This document shows, in pieces, positions 1 to 11,725 of a DNA stretch of 64,000 bases. Position 1 is the first letter of the stretch. The number at the start of each line of letters is the position of its first letter. The stretch is from the human T2T-CHM13v2.0 reference genome, Homo sapiens. The stretch lies in assembly GCF_009914755.1 (NCBI RefSeq), contig NC_060927.1; one strand, written 5' to 3'. The notes under the pieces were generated by a model. It made no database searches. It saw only the letters and a list, made by a program, of their open reading frames with translations, and had not been told where the DNA came from. Made by a program: the position numbers and the translations under genes.

Positions 1-1069
1 TGTGTACTTGAGAAGAATGTATATTCTGCTACTTTGTATGGAATGTTCTGTATATGTCTGTTAGGTCCACCTAGTCTAAAGTGTAGTTTAGGTTCAAAGT
101 TTCTTTATTGATTTTCTGTCCCAATGCTCTATCCATTGTTGGAAGTTGGATACTAAATTCCTTACTATCATTGTATTGCTGTATATTTCTCCCTTTACTT
201 CTGTTAACTGTATTTTTAGGTGTGCCAATGTTGGGTGCATGTATAATTGTTATGTCTTCATGATGGATTGACCCCTTTATCACTATATAGTACCCTTCTT
301 TATCTCTTGCTATGATTTTGACTCAAAGTATATTTGGTCTCATATATGTATAGCAATCTGTTTTCTTTTGGTTTCCTATTTCATTAAATATCTGTTTCCA
401 TTCCTTCACTTTCAGCCTGTAACTCCCCTTAAAGCTAAAGTGAATCTTCAGTGGGCTCAGTGGTTCATGTCTGTAATTCAAGGACTTTGGGAGACTTGGG
501 CAGAAGGATTGCTTGAGGGCAGGAATTTGAGACCACCATGGGCAACATAGCAAGATCCTGTCTCTGCAAAAAATTAAAATATTAGCCAGATGTGGTGGCA
601 TGCACCTATAGTCCCAGCTACTTGTAGGCTGAGGTAAGAGGAGTGCTTGAGCCCAGAAGTTCAAGCCTGCATTGAGTTATGATTGTGCCACCGAGCTCCA
701 GTTTGGGTGATGGAGTGAGACCCTGTCTCTAAACAAACAAGTAAATAAAGTAAGTCTCTTGTAGGTAGCATATAGTAGGGTCATATCTTTTATCCATTCA
801 GCCACTCTATGTCTTTTGATGGGAAAACTTAAACTATTTCCATTTAAAGTAACTATTGGTAGGTAATAGTTACTGATGACATCTTATTAATTTTTTTGTG
901 TGTTGATTTTCAGGTCCTTTGTTTCTTCTTCCTCTTTCAGTGTCTTGCCTTGTGCTTTGTTGTTGTGTGTAGTGATATACTTTGATTCTTTTCTTTTGGT
1001 GTGTCTGCAATATGTTTTAGTTTTGGGGTTACCAGAAGACTTACATAAAATATTTTCTACTTACAATAG
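1..1069 (-). mobile_element. Old L1 (L1M-type) fragment, ORF2 endonuclease and inter-ORF region; interrupted by an Alu and an ERV, resumes at 6651
   Basis: Minus-strand ORF 71..283 (MIKGSIHHEDITII..APNIG.PK..KINKET..LNYTLD) resembles the L1 ORF2p endonuclease; T-rich antisense L1 composition. Confidence 0.85.
451..745 (+). mobile_element. Alu, old (AluJ-like)
   Basis: Dimeric Alu with central A-rich linker, J-type right arm (gcttgagcccagaagttcaag..ctgca), decayed tail, degenerate flanking repeat aaagtgaatct/aaagtaagtct. Confidence 0.9.
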
Positions 1070-1417
1070 TGAGACAGCCAAGTATAAAGAGGTCCTCAGA
1101 GAACCTCTGAGCAGTCTGTGCATTGGGAGGAATGTGCACTGGGGTGGAGCCTCAGGAGGTTTGTGTCTGTTTGCAGTAGGGAGGAGCCTGGCCCCTCCTC
1201 TTCCTGGGTGCAAACTGAGATTTAATCTGTGGGGAGGGAAGCCAATGTTAGCAGGAATCTCACTCTGCTAAGAGTCCCTGTTTCTCCCTTTTTTCCTTTT
1301 CACTCAATAAATTCCATTTTTCTCACCCTTCAAAGTGTCTGCAAGCCAAATATTTCATGGCTATGTGACAAGGACCTGGCTCTTAGCTGAACTAAAGAGA
1401 AAGTCCTACAACAGCTT

Positions 1418-1441
1418 TGGCACCCACAACGTGGGGCTTGA
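1418..1441 (+). promoter_or_regulatory. Retroviral primer-binding site, tRNA-Lys(CUU)-like
   Basis: TGGCACCCACAACGTGGGGCTTGA begins 4 nt after the LTR end and resembles TGGCGCCCAACGTGGGGCTCGA with a 2-nt insertion. Confidence 0.7.
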
Positions 1442-3050
1442 GAAGGGGTGAGTGAAATGGGGACTCAAAACTTCTCACTGTTGCTTCTGAGCCTTTTGGT
1501 CCTATGGCATTCCTCTTCTTTTTTTCACGACAGTAGCAGCACCTGTTTTTTCTTTTATAATACCTGAGCTCCCCAAAGGAGACAAGTGTGCATGCAGGCC
1601 AGTTGGACAGGGCAGCTCTCTGCTCCCCTTTCCCTACCAGCCTGGGTGCATGGCCATGTCTGCTGCATGTGTGCATGGTGTCCAACTTTCACACAGGGCG
1701 TGAATGAGCCACAGCGGCTGCCAGGGCCCCAAGGCACCCTGTGTGACTGTCTAGCATTCCCTGCTATGCGCCCATGGAGTCTTCTCCTCCTCTAGCCAGG
1801 GAGGTCAGCTCCCATCCCACAGCAGTTAAGCGTTTTTCCCTGGTGGAGGAACCAGTTGCATAAGAATAAGAAGTTCTTTCTCAGACATGTTTAAATTGAT
1901 TTTTTTTCTTCCCTTTTTCCACCCTGTCAGCAGTTAACTTTTAAACAAGGTTTTCTTTTTAGAAGATGTTTTACTAGGCTAGGAATGATAAGGATCACTG
2001 TTTATATTCTCTATAAAGTTTTAATTGAGAAAAAGTATTTGTGAGGCTGGTCTTAAGGTGCAGCCAATCTGGTATGCTTTGCATGTCTCTGAGCTGCAGG
2101 CTTTCATCTTATTTTACATCCTGGGGGTGTGGCTTGTAACCCTAGAGCAACACTTTGTTTAGCAATCTTCCCTTAGGGAATGAGTCCTTTCTGGTTTGTG
2201 TTTTCCTAGCCCTGTCTCTTAAAGGACTCATGGGTTTTCTTCTGCCTGTCTGTGTAGCTGTATGTGTGCTGTGTGTGTTTTCTATAAAAAGAGCTGTAAT
2301 TAATTGGCCTAAAGGAAGAGAGGTGCTTGGGTCAAATTTTTTTAAAAGGGAATATAAAATCTCTGGTATCTTTCAATTCATATTACTTTAATCTTTGAGA
2401 AATAAAAACAACAGCCTTAAAGATTATTGGTAAAATGCAGATGTCATCAAAATGTAAATAGATGGACTAAATTATGCAGGCCAGATGCAAGGTTTGCCAA
2501 GTGTTTTAAGGTTATAACTGCTTTTTTAGGTTTTGAGAACTATCTGACTTGCCTTCCTAACAACTGGTCAGGCCTGGGGACATACAGAACTAACCACTGT
2601 CTTAATTAGGCTGCAAGGAGTCAAACCTTGGCTGTACCTAGCACAGAATTAAAACAACTTACCAGGTTTTACATTAAAGTTGAAATTGCTAGTAGTTACC
2701 ATTATAACATGTAATTGAAACTACTGGAAATAGATTTACATGTGAGGTGTGTAAGAATGGTAAAATGTGCTTTTAATAAGATTATAAGAAGACATGAAAA
2801 TGTAAATTCTTAAAGGATTGTTTTAAATTGCATAAGATAAAGCTAAAAGTTCAAGCAATTTGGTGGAAGGATTGTAAAATTAATCTTGCAAAAAAAAATT
2901 TCATGTGTGAACATATTGGCTAAATTCAAAAAAGTTATATGGCTTTTCGGTAAATTGAGCATTGAAATAAAAGCACAACAAGGTTTTCTTAAGGCACTAA
3001 TCTGCTGTTTAGCAAAATTTTTACAGGGTTATAAAAGGTTTTTGCTTCTT

Positions 3051-3353
3051 TCTTTTTTTTTTTTTTTTTTGAGGTGGAGTTTCCCTCTGTTGCGCAGGCT
3101 GGAGTGTGGCGGCAAGATCTTGGCTCACTGCAAACTCTGCCTCCCGGTACAAGCAATTCTCCTACCTCAGCCTCCTGAGTAGCTGGGATTACAGGCACCT
3201 GCCCCCATGCCTAGCTAATTTTTTGTACTTTTGGTAGAGATGGGTTTTCATCATGTTGGCCAGGCTTGTCTCAAACTCCTGACCTTAAGTGATCCACCCA
3301 CCTCAGTCTCCCATAGTGCTGGGATTGCAGGCATGAGCCACCATGCCCACTCT
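3051..3353 (-). mobile_element. Alu (AluS-like) nested in the ERV internal region
   Basis: Antisense full-length Alu with poly-T; 17-bp TSD AAAGGTTTTTGCTTCTT at 3034-3050 and 3354-3370. Confidence 0.95.
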
Positions 3354-6280
3354 AAAGGTTTTTGCTTCTTTAAAATCTGAGTCATCATTCTGGCAAAATA
3401 AATCATTTTTGGTAATCTGGAATTCTATTTCATAACATCAAGTGTTTTAACCCTCTAACATATTTAATAGGCTTCCTAAAATCAAACTTAAATTTCAAAA
3501 TTGTCTTTCCTGATACCTTTTCAGAGACTCCAGAAGGGCCCTTGCAGTGTCCAGAAAAGAGATGTAAACAGAATTATTTGACATGTTTAGGTTCACAGGA
3601 TTGCCAAAATGGTGTTCAATCCTCTTTAGGTTATATTTTGGTAAATAATAATAATATATGTTTCAAAATTGCATGGGATTTCTAAAATTCTGATGTCCAA
3701 GTATATGCTATCAATCATAATTAAGATTATTAAGTTATTGTAAGCCATGGAGATAACCAAACTTCTTTGTCAATTGTGTTTCTAACTATAACTACCCTGG
3801 ACATTTTGTTATTCACAGACAATTGTTGTCTTGTTCTAATTCATTTCAAAAGATGGTTTATAATGAGCTACCGAACTTTGACAGGTGCTCTCAATACAGG
3901 TTTCTGATACCTTTGGAGACTGTGACATTGGAATAAAGAAAAATTTACAGGAGTCATGAAGAGCTGAAATGTTCACAAATATCAAGTGAATCAAGAACTA
4001 CATGGACTGAACTGAGAAAGCTGAAGCAATCTTTTTGGCTTTTGCTTGGAAAATTGTTGACCCTTATTTTGTTTTTCAGAGTCAAGGAAACTTATTTTGA
4101 ACTATTTACAGCCTTTAATAATTGAGTAGGTATACTCCCATGAACCAACTTGGGAGCATATTTGTCTTTTTCTCTGCCTGGTTCCTCTAGAATTTGGAAA
4201 CTATCTGTGAGTATTCTTAACTTACAGCAATATATTTTTGCGGTTTAATAAGAATCCATTTTTCTTTTGCAACAGGATGCAATTGGAGAAACTGGTTATT
4301 TTTACCAAGGCTTTGACTGGAAGGGTGTTTTTCCTTTTAAGGAGTCAATCTCAACTTGCAGAGCTGATAAACCCCCCTTGGGGATGGGGGTTGGAAACTG
4401 GCCTCATACCCTTGCCTAAACAGTCCCTGTACTGAGTTCCTGACCTGTGGTCAGTAAAGAATGTCACTTTCCAGTAGGCCTAGGAGCTCCAAGTTTATTT
4501 TGGGACCTTAAGAAGAGAGGATCACTCAATTCACAGGTATTTGAGGATACAAACCCATGGCTGGGCTTGGCTTTAATAGGTCTTATCTGAGACTCCTTGC
4601 GGAATGGAGTTACATCAAAGCCAGTCTAAAAGGCCTATGTAGAAATGATTATTCTTGCTGCACTTTATGCAAATGATCAGGCCTAGTGTAAGACTAAAGT
4701 CTATTTTGCAAATCACTCAGTCCTATGATGACTTAGTTTTTTCTTAACAAAAATGAGAACTGGAGGGACTTATCATATATTTGTCATTAAATTCTAAACT
4801 CATTAGTTGTTACTAAGTTTTTGCCAACATTTTAGACTAACGCTGCTTGTTCCTGTGAACCAACCAGCAATCTCTGGCTGCAGCTCAGAAAGAGCAAGAG
4901 GGATGGGTAATGTAAAAATCTGCATCAATATTCTAGTTCTGAGCAATTATCCTGCAAATCCTGTCAGGTGATGGGAATAAAAAGCATGTCCATCACCTGG
5001 AGGTTTCCTTTTTAAGAAAGTGAGACCAAGAGAGCTAACCAAAACCAAGTAAAATACACCCAAATCCTAGCAAGCATAACTATAACCACCAGTTATCTGG
5101 GTGTGTCAAAAGACATCCTTTTCTCTCTTTTTTTGGAGGAGGACTCAGTTCCACAGTTTCATCTCAGCATTCAGCTTTTGATAAGGAATTCATGCAACCA
5201 CCCCCCTCCACCTTCCCAAGACACATTTTTGTCCCAAACTCAATTCCAAGCTTCGGGTAAAAACCCAAGGAAGGAAAACTGGATCTAAGGGATCCAGAGG
5301 CAGACAACAACAGTGGTTAAAAGGAACAGTGCAAGTGAGAATGGCTAATTCCTGCTGATTAATCCAAACCTCCCATTTCATGGATAAAGTTCTTGCTAAT
5401 ATCCATGGAATAAATGAGGTCTAGGGAAATCCAAGGCTACTGACAGTAGGTGGGATAGAGACATAGGAGAGAGTGGATAATTCTTATTCTCTAGGTCCTC
5501 CCTGCTTCATGAGTGCAAGCCGGTTTGGCATCCATGGTGGCACCTGCCAAGGTTGCCAGGACTTGGGGATGCCAGAACAGAAGAGGGAAAGAGGATGTTC
5601 TTCCTTCTCTCCCGCATGTACCTCAGGTGTCTGCTAGGGAGTGATGGGAACCAGGGATGCCTGCTCCCCTCTTTCTAGATGGGTAGCAATTTATCTTCAG
5701 TCTGTACCCCTTTTGAATGCACCCTGAACCCCTGGAACTCCTTTGAAAAGCACCTTATTTTATTCTTTCTCCTCCTCTGCCCTCTCTTCACTGATAGACA
5801 ATTGTGTCTCCATGCTATGAGACACTCCCCTCAGATGCATCCTCCAGACTGGAAAGAGTTAATTTCCCAAACCTTAAACTGGTTTGCTTAGGTTTGGGCT
5901 CAGAGGAAGGGAACATGCCAGCAAAAGGGTAAATTTTTTTTTTCCATTTGGGCTTTTGGCCTCCCTCTCCCTGTGTAAACTGGCAAAAAGCCTTGGGATT
6001 TTTAAGCTGTTCTTACCCCTTTCCTTGTTTCATTTTGATAAATGTTTTCTCATAACTTGGTTTGTCTCTTCTTGCCTTCAGGCCGTCAAACTCCAAATGG
6101 TCATGCAACCAGAGCCTCGGTTGATGGCTTAGTCTGCTGGGAACCCTTAGATAGGCCTGTGAGGGAGATCTGACTGATGTTTCCTCAAAACAGCACCCCC
6201 TGTCAGTAGGAAGCAGTTAAGATGGGTCTTTGTCCTTATCCTTACCCTGATTCTAATGGTAGATAGATGTACTTCTTTAC

Positions 6281-6289
6281 AGGGGGGAA
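6281..6289 (+). promoter_or_regulatory. Polypurine tract of the ERV
   Basis: AGGGGGGAA directly abuts the TG of the 3' LTR. Confidence 0.85.
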
Positions 6290-6650
6290 TGAGACAGCCA
6301 TGTATAAAGGGGTCCCCAGGAACCTCTGACTAGCCTAAGCACTGGGAATAATGTGCACCAGGGTGGGGCCTCGAGAAGTTTGCACCTGTTTAGGGTCCGG
6401 AGGAACCTGGCCCTTCCTTTTCCTGGGTGGAGCCTGAGATTCAATCTGTGAGGCCAGAAGCCTCTACTAGCAGGATTTTTGCTTGGCTGAGACTCCAGAG
6501 CAAGAGTTCCTCTTTTCTCTTTTTTTCCCTTTTACCCAATAAATTCCATTTTTCTCATCCTTCAAAGTGTCTGTGAGCCTAATATTTCATGGCCGTATGA
6601 CAAGGACCTGGCTCTTAGCTGAACTAAGGAGAAAAGACCTACAGCAATAG

Positions 6651-7610
6651 TTTAAGCTGATAATATCTCAACCCCAATTACACAGGAAAGTTCTACAAGT
6701 TTTTCTGTCTCCTCTCCACATTTTATGTTGTTTATATAGTGAGTTACATCTTTTTATATTGCGTGTCCATTGACAAAATATTTAGCTCTAGATATTTTTA
6801 CTTTTTTCTTTTGACCTCTATATTGAATTAAAAATTGCTCTTTATTTGCCCTTTAAGTACTATATACCTCCATTTTTGAGTATTCTGTATGTGATTTTTT
6901 TTACTGTTACATTTTATAATTTCATATGCTTTAATGTTAATAATTAGCATTCTTTTGTTTCAGCTTAAGAACTCCTTTTACCATTTTTGAAAGACAGGGC
7001 TAGTGGTGATGAATTTCCTCAGCTTTTGGTTATCTGAGAAAGTCTTTAACGGTCCTTCGTTTATTAGAGATAACTTTACTAGATACAGTAAAATTTCTGT
7101 AGCTAGTAAATACAGAAATTGAATTTACTAGTTTCTATTTACTGTAAATACAGAAATGGTATTTACTGTATTTACTATGAAACTAGATACAGTATTCATA
7201 GTTGACAATTTTTATTTCACCACTTTAAATATACTATCCTATTCTCCTTTGGCCCACAAGGTTTCTGCTGATAAATTCACTGATATCCTCATGAATTTTC
7301 CATGGTATGTGACAAGTTGCTTTTCTCTTGCTGCTTTCAAAATTCTCTCTTAGTCTTTGACTTTTGATTATTTGATTATAATGTGTTTCTGTGAAGACCT
7401 CTTTTGATTTGATCTGTTTGGGGACTTTTGAGGTAAAATAATATGGATATTCATATCTTTCTCCAAACTTGGGAAGTTTTCGGCTATTATTTATTCAAAT
7501 AAATGTTCTGTCCCTTTCTCCTTTTTTTCTCCTTGACTCCCATAATGCTGATACTGGTTCACTTGATGGTGTTCAATAAGTTCTGTAGGCTTTTCTTACT
7601 CTTTCATCCT
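6651..7610 (-). mobile_element. Old L1M fragment (ORF1 region), continuation of the element at 1-1069
   Basis: Antisense L1 ORF1 motifs (ctagtggtgatgaattt.ctcagctt, ttttctcttgctgctttcaaaattctctc, gggaagttttcggctattattt). Confidence 0.8.
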
Positions 7611-8911
7611 GAGTTTTTTGGGAGCAGAGAACAGGTGCACTTGTGGAGTGGGTAACAGGTGCACTTGTTGCAGCAGTGGTGCCAGTGATTGATTTGTGGA
7701 TTTGTACACATCATTTACAGAATCAAGTTGTGGGTCTCTGGGGCATGCTGCAATGATTTAGCCCTAGGGGGATGGGATGCAACACTGGCATGAATCCAAT
7801 GATGCCAGGACACAATGGAGGCATGAGCCCTGTGGATGGAGTGCAATAGCATTGCAGCCCCACGGATAGCAGGTCATAACTGGAAGTCAGGCACCTGAGG
7901 GTTGGCACACAACAGTTGTAGTGCAATGGGGTCTAAAGCAATGGAAGCGTGGTACCCATAAGGGTGAATCAAAGCCCTGAGTCAATACTGGAGCATTCAT
8001 CTTTAAGGGTATTTTAGAGAACTCACAACTATTGGCATTCTCTAGTGAGTTTATACCCTCTAAACTGGTGACTCTAAAATTGTCAAATTAGGTCCCTCGG
8101 TCTAAAATTCATCAAGCCTTTACCTAGAAGCAAGGGAAATCTTGAATTCCTAATATAAGTAACATGCAAGGGATAGCCCTTATAGTATACCAACCAAAGT
8201 ATAATATACTCCTGGCAAAGAGTCCCAGATTCCAGGAATAAAGAGAGTATCTATAAACTTCCAGACAGAGAGACCGGTTACTAACAGAGAAAGGTAAATA
8301 CAGTAATATCTGACTTTCTATATGTTGCACTGAAAGTACAGAAAATGGGGCCAGATTTATAAACTATTGAGGGAAAAATAAGGGCTTCCATGAATAGTAT
8401 TGAGACAAGTGTTTGCAGAGGGATTGTGAATGGCTGTTCAGGCTGTGTGCGCTGTTCAATTCAAAAGCACTATTCGCAGACACAATATTGTGTTTCTGGC
8501 TGCCCTGTGTATAAGGTACCATAAGTAATGAACCAATGGATGATGATAATGTGACTAGGAATTGCTTTATAAGTGTTAGTTAGAGATGAAGACTATAACA
8601 AAAATTAGATAACATTCCATTACCATTTTAAAGGTATTTGGCAAAAATCAGAGAAGATTCTCTTTCAATTAAGAGGGCATGTGTAAGTAGGTGTATGTAT
8701 AAACTGTATACTACGACTCACTTTGAAACACTGTTTTTCAATTTCTTAAGCCTGTAAAAGCCAGTTTTATCATTTCTTTGAGGACTTATGGAAAAACCAG
8801 AACTTCAGTTTTCTTGAGGATTGCTATAATATCACTAGTGTTGAAGAGTTCATGAAATATGAGTCACAGATCACATTGCCCATTGATTCATATTGATTTC
8901 CTATCATAGAT

Positions 8912-9336
8912 ACTGTTGGTGTCCACCAATATTTTCTCTAATACTACATCTGAAGCTGAGGGCATGCTCTGATGGCTGAAGTCATTCTACCCTCACTTAA
9001 GACAGATTATAAGAGCTAGAAAACGAATGCTCCTCATAGAATCTCTCCTAGACTGCCTATAAAAAAGTAACTAACAGGAATTAGTTCATAAATGCTACCA
9101 ATTTTTTGCCCTTTGGTTGAGATAAATTTAAATTTCATGCACTACACTGGCTCCTTTTTTTTTTTTAATTAAGCTGTTTGCCTACAATTGTAGCTTGGCT
9201 GATAAATTACCATTTAGTGGGTGCATTCCATTTCCTGTCTTACTTCACTTTTTCACTTATCAACTTTTCAAAAATAAATCACTTTTACTCAAATAATGTC
9301 TCAGGATTTTCTTCTGGTAGAACACAAACTAATATA
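8912..9336 (+). mobile_element. Ancient ERVL-type solo LTR (LTR16/LTR33-like)
   Basis: 3' end aataaatcacttttactcaaataatgtctcagg..ttctgg..aacacaaactaata resembles the LTR16-group terminus; very diverged, boundaries approximate. Confidence 0.45.
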
Positions 9337-9739
9337 CCTCTATTACCCTAAGATAGAACTGAAAGTTTTATAGAGGAACCAAGTATACCTATGTGTCCTA
9401 TTTTAACGGCATAAGGATTACTTCCACAGAAATATTATTGGTTGAGTGGTGACTCACTATTTTGGAAAGGTCTTGTCTATCCAGATGTTATTTAGATCTA
9501 AGAAGAATCTTAAAGTAGTTCATTCTTCTACCTCATACCTTTAAGTGCCTGCCCCATCACTATCAAAGTTGAAAGTCAATGTCCATTTTAACTTCATATC
9601 TCAAATATATACTTCAGCTATTAAAAAAGAATTTTAGATTTTCATAATTCAGGATATACTATTTGTTTTTTAAAGTGTTATTTATATTAATTTTTACTGT
9701 CCTACACACAATGAGCAGATTTCAATTTAAAACAGTAAA

Positions 9740-10494
9740 ATAAACAACAAAAGAGCAAGAAAGAACCCAAAGTAAAAAGAAAAAGCAGTCAAAAGAACCA
9801 GTCTCAGATATAACTCAGAAACTGGAACTATCAGTCATGGAATTTAAAATGATTATGATTGATATGTTAAAGTTCTCATGTATGAACTGATAAAGAATTT
9901 CAGAGAGAGATGGAAAATATTTTTGGAAAGTCAAGCGAAAATGCTAGAATTACTTTTTTTTAATAAAACAGGAGGACAGATGAAAAGAATGACTTTGGTG
10001 AAATCATCAGTAAATTATACACAGCAGAGAAAAGAACAGTGAACCTGAATATAGATCAACAGATATTATCAAAATTAAACAAAAAGACAAAAAGTAAAAC
10101 CAAAATGTAACCTTCAGGTATCATGAAAGAATATCAAGTCATCTAAAGTATGTGTTATTAAAATCTTAAAGGAGAAGGGAGAGAGGCAGAAGAAATATTT
10201 GAAGATGTGATTGCCATGAATTTTTCAAAAATAATGAAAGGAATCAAACTAAAGATCTGAAAAGCTCATACAACCTCAAGCAGGATAAATACCAAAACAA
10301 ACATATATCAGGAACAAATACAAATCCTGGATACATTTTGTTGAATTGTCTAAGAAGCAAAGATAGAAAGAAAAGTTTGAGGGGCCAGAGAAAAAAAAGA
10401 AAGTACACAAGCCAGATGGATTGAATAACATTTCAAACTAGGTGGGGGAAAAACATGCCAACAGAGAATTCTATACTCAGCAAAAGATGCCTTC
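9740..10494 (+). mobile_element. Old L1M ORF1 fragment, host of the POU5F1 retrocopy
   Basis: A-rich sense L1 ORF1 motifs; breaks at agaattctatactcagcaaaa..ccttc and resumes after about 11725 with tgaaacaaagacatt..gacaaagctga. Confidence 0.8.
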
Positions 10495-11725
10495 CAGTTT
10501 CTCCATGGTGAGACATGTGGCTTTGAATTTTGCCTTATCAGCCCCACCAGATGATGGAGGCTATGGATCAGGAAGGTGGAAGCTGGGCTTACTTGATTTC
10601 TGACCTGGCTGGGCTTCCAATAGCGCGTCTCCCTACCTCTCCTCCCTTCATCTCAAAGGACCAGAAAGTGGGCAGGGTTTGGGTGGACACTGAGGTATGA
10701 GGGATTCCCAGTGTTCTATACTCTGTGAGTTCTGCACAGAAATGGCATATTGTGCACCTCAGATTGGAATAGGGCTGGTAACCCATAGTGGCTACAGACC
10801 TCTAAGCCCAAGGGCCAGGCCAGGGCCAGGGTTGACAGCAGCCCTGATTGGGCATCCCTTACACTTCAGCTCTGTTCCCCTGGTGTTGTGAACAAGGAAA
10901 AGCTGAAGGAAAAGCCCAGACATTCCAAGACATGAAAACTCGGCAGAAAGATCTGAAGCATTTGCCAAATTGCTGAAGCAGAAGGATATCGCCTGCAGGA
11001 AGTTGTTCAGCTAAATGAACATCTGCTGTATTGAAGCTCTGCAGCTTAGTTTTAAAAACATGTGTAAGCTGTGGCCCCTGCTGAAGAAGTTGATGGAGAG
11101 ACAATGAAAAACATTAGAGGATATTCAAAACAAAACCATCCTAAAGCAGGCTCTAGAGAGAAAGCAGGTGAGCACCAAGATTCAAGCGATCAGGATTGAG
11201 AAGCACATGGTCTGAGTGTGGCTCTGTAATTGGTGCCAGAAAGGCACCAAGAAATAACTATTCTCAATGAGAAGACTTTGAGGCCACTGAGTATCCTTTC
11301 ACAAGACCAGTGTGCTTTCCTCTGATACCTGAGCCTCATTTTGGTACTTCAAACTATGGGGACCATCACATCAATACTCTGTACTTCTCAGTTCTTTTCA
11401 CTCTTAAATATAAAGCATTCCCCTCTGTCTTGCACACCACTCTGAGCTCTCTCATGCATTCAGATTCCTCAGTATGAGAAGTTGTGGAACAAGAGAAAGG
11501 GGAGAAGCTGAGGAAACAAGACCTTGGGATTTGCCACAGAAATTTTGGGATTAAGCTATTGATTCACTAAAGATGAATTTGGGAACACAAAAAGTGGGTG
11601 TAGGGAGTTTTAGGGAAACTGGTTGGAAAGAAGGTAAAGGCCAATGTTGTTCTTGATTTTAATCCCAACATTACTTATCACTTTTTTCTTAAATAATGAA
11701 ACCTGGGAAAACAAGAAAAAATAAA
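10495..11725 (+). pseudogene. POU5F1P7: Processed pseudogene of POU5F1 (OCT4A isoform), probably the annotated chr3 copy POU5F1P7
   Basis: Colinear with POU5F1 mRNA from the ATG at 10505 (atggtgagacatgtggctttgaattttgcctt), through the POU-specific domain (gctctgcagcttagttttaaaaacatgtgtaagctg) and homeodomain helix 3 (gtctgagtgtggctctgtaattggtgccagaaaggc), to the 3'UTR (gattttaatccca..tcacttttttcttaaataa) and an A-rich tail. No introns; many stops, frameshifts and deletions. The P7 number is from recall of location. Confidence 0.9.

Larger units (their letters stand above)
1070..6646 (+). mobile_element. Two-LTR non-autonomous ERV1 element (MER61-type LTRs, MER4-group/HUERS-like internal region)
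   Basis: 5' LTR 1070-1413 and 3' LTR 6290-6646 both start TGAGACAGCCA and end in CA, each with AATAAA; 4-bp TSD ATAG at 1066-1069 and 6647-6650; PBS after the 5' LTR and polypurine tract before the 3' LTR. Family name from recall. Confidence 0.9.

Noticed and set aside
1070-1700. Possible p53 response element, since some MER61 subfamilies carry one
   Set aside because: I could not find two adjacent RRRCWWGYYY half-sites in either LTR; the CATG cluster at 1580-1680 has poor flanks.
2886-3198. Alu-derived ORFs (also 323..664, 30776..31093, 32827..33144, 49589..50150)
   Set aside because: Typical Alu read-through translations with no gene structure.
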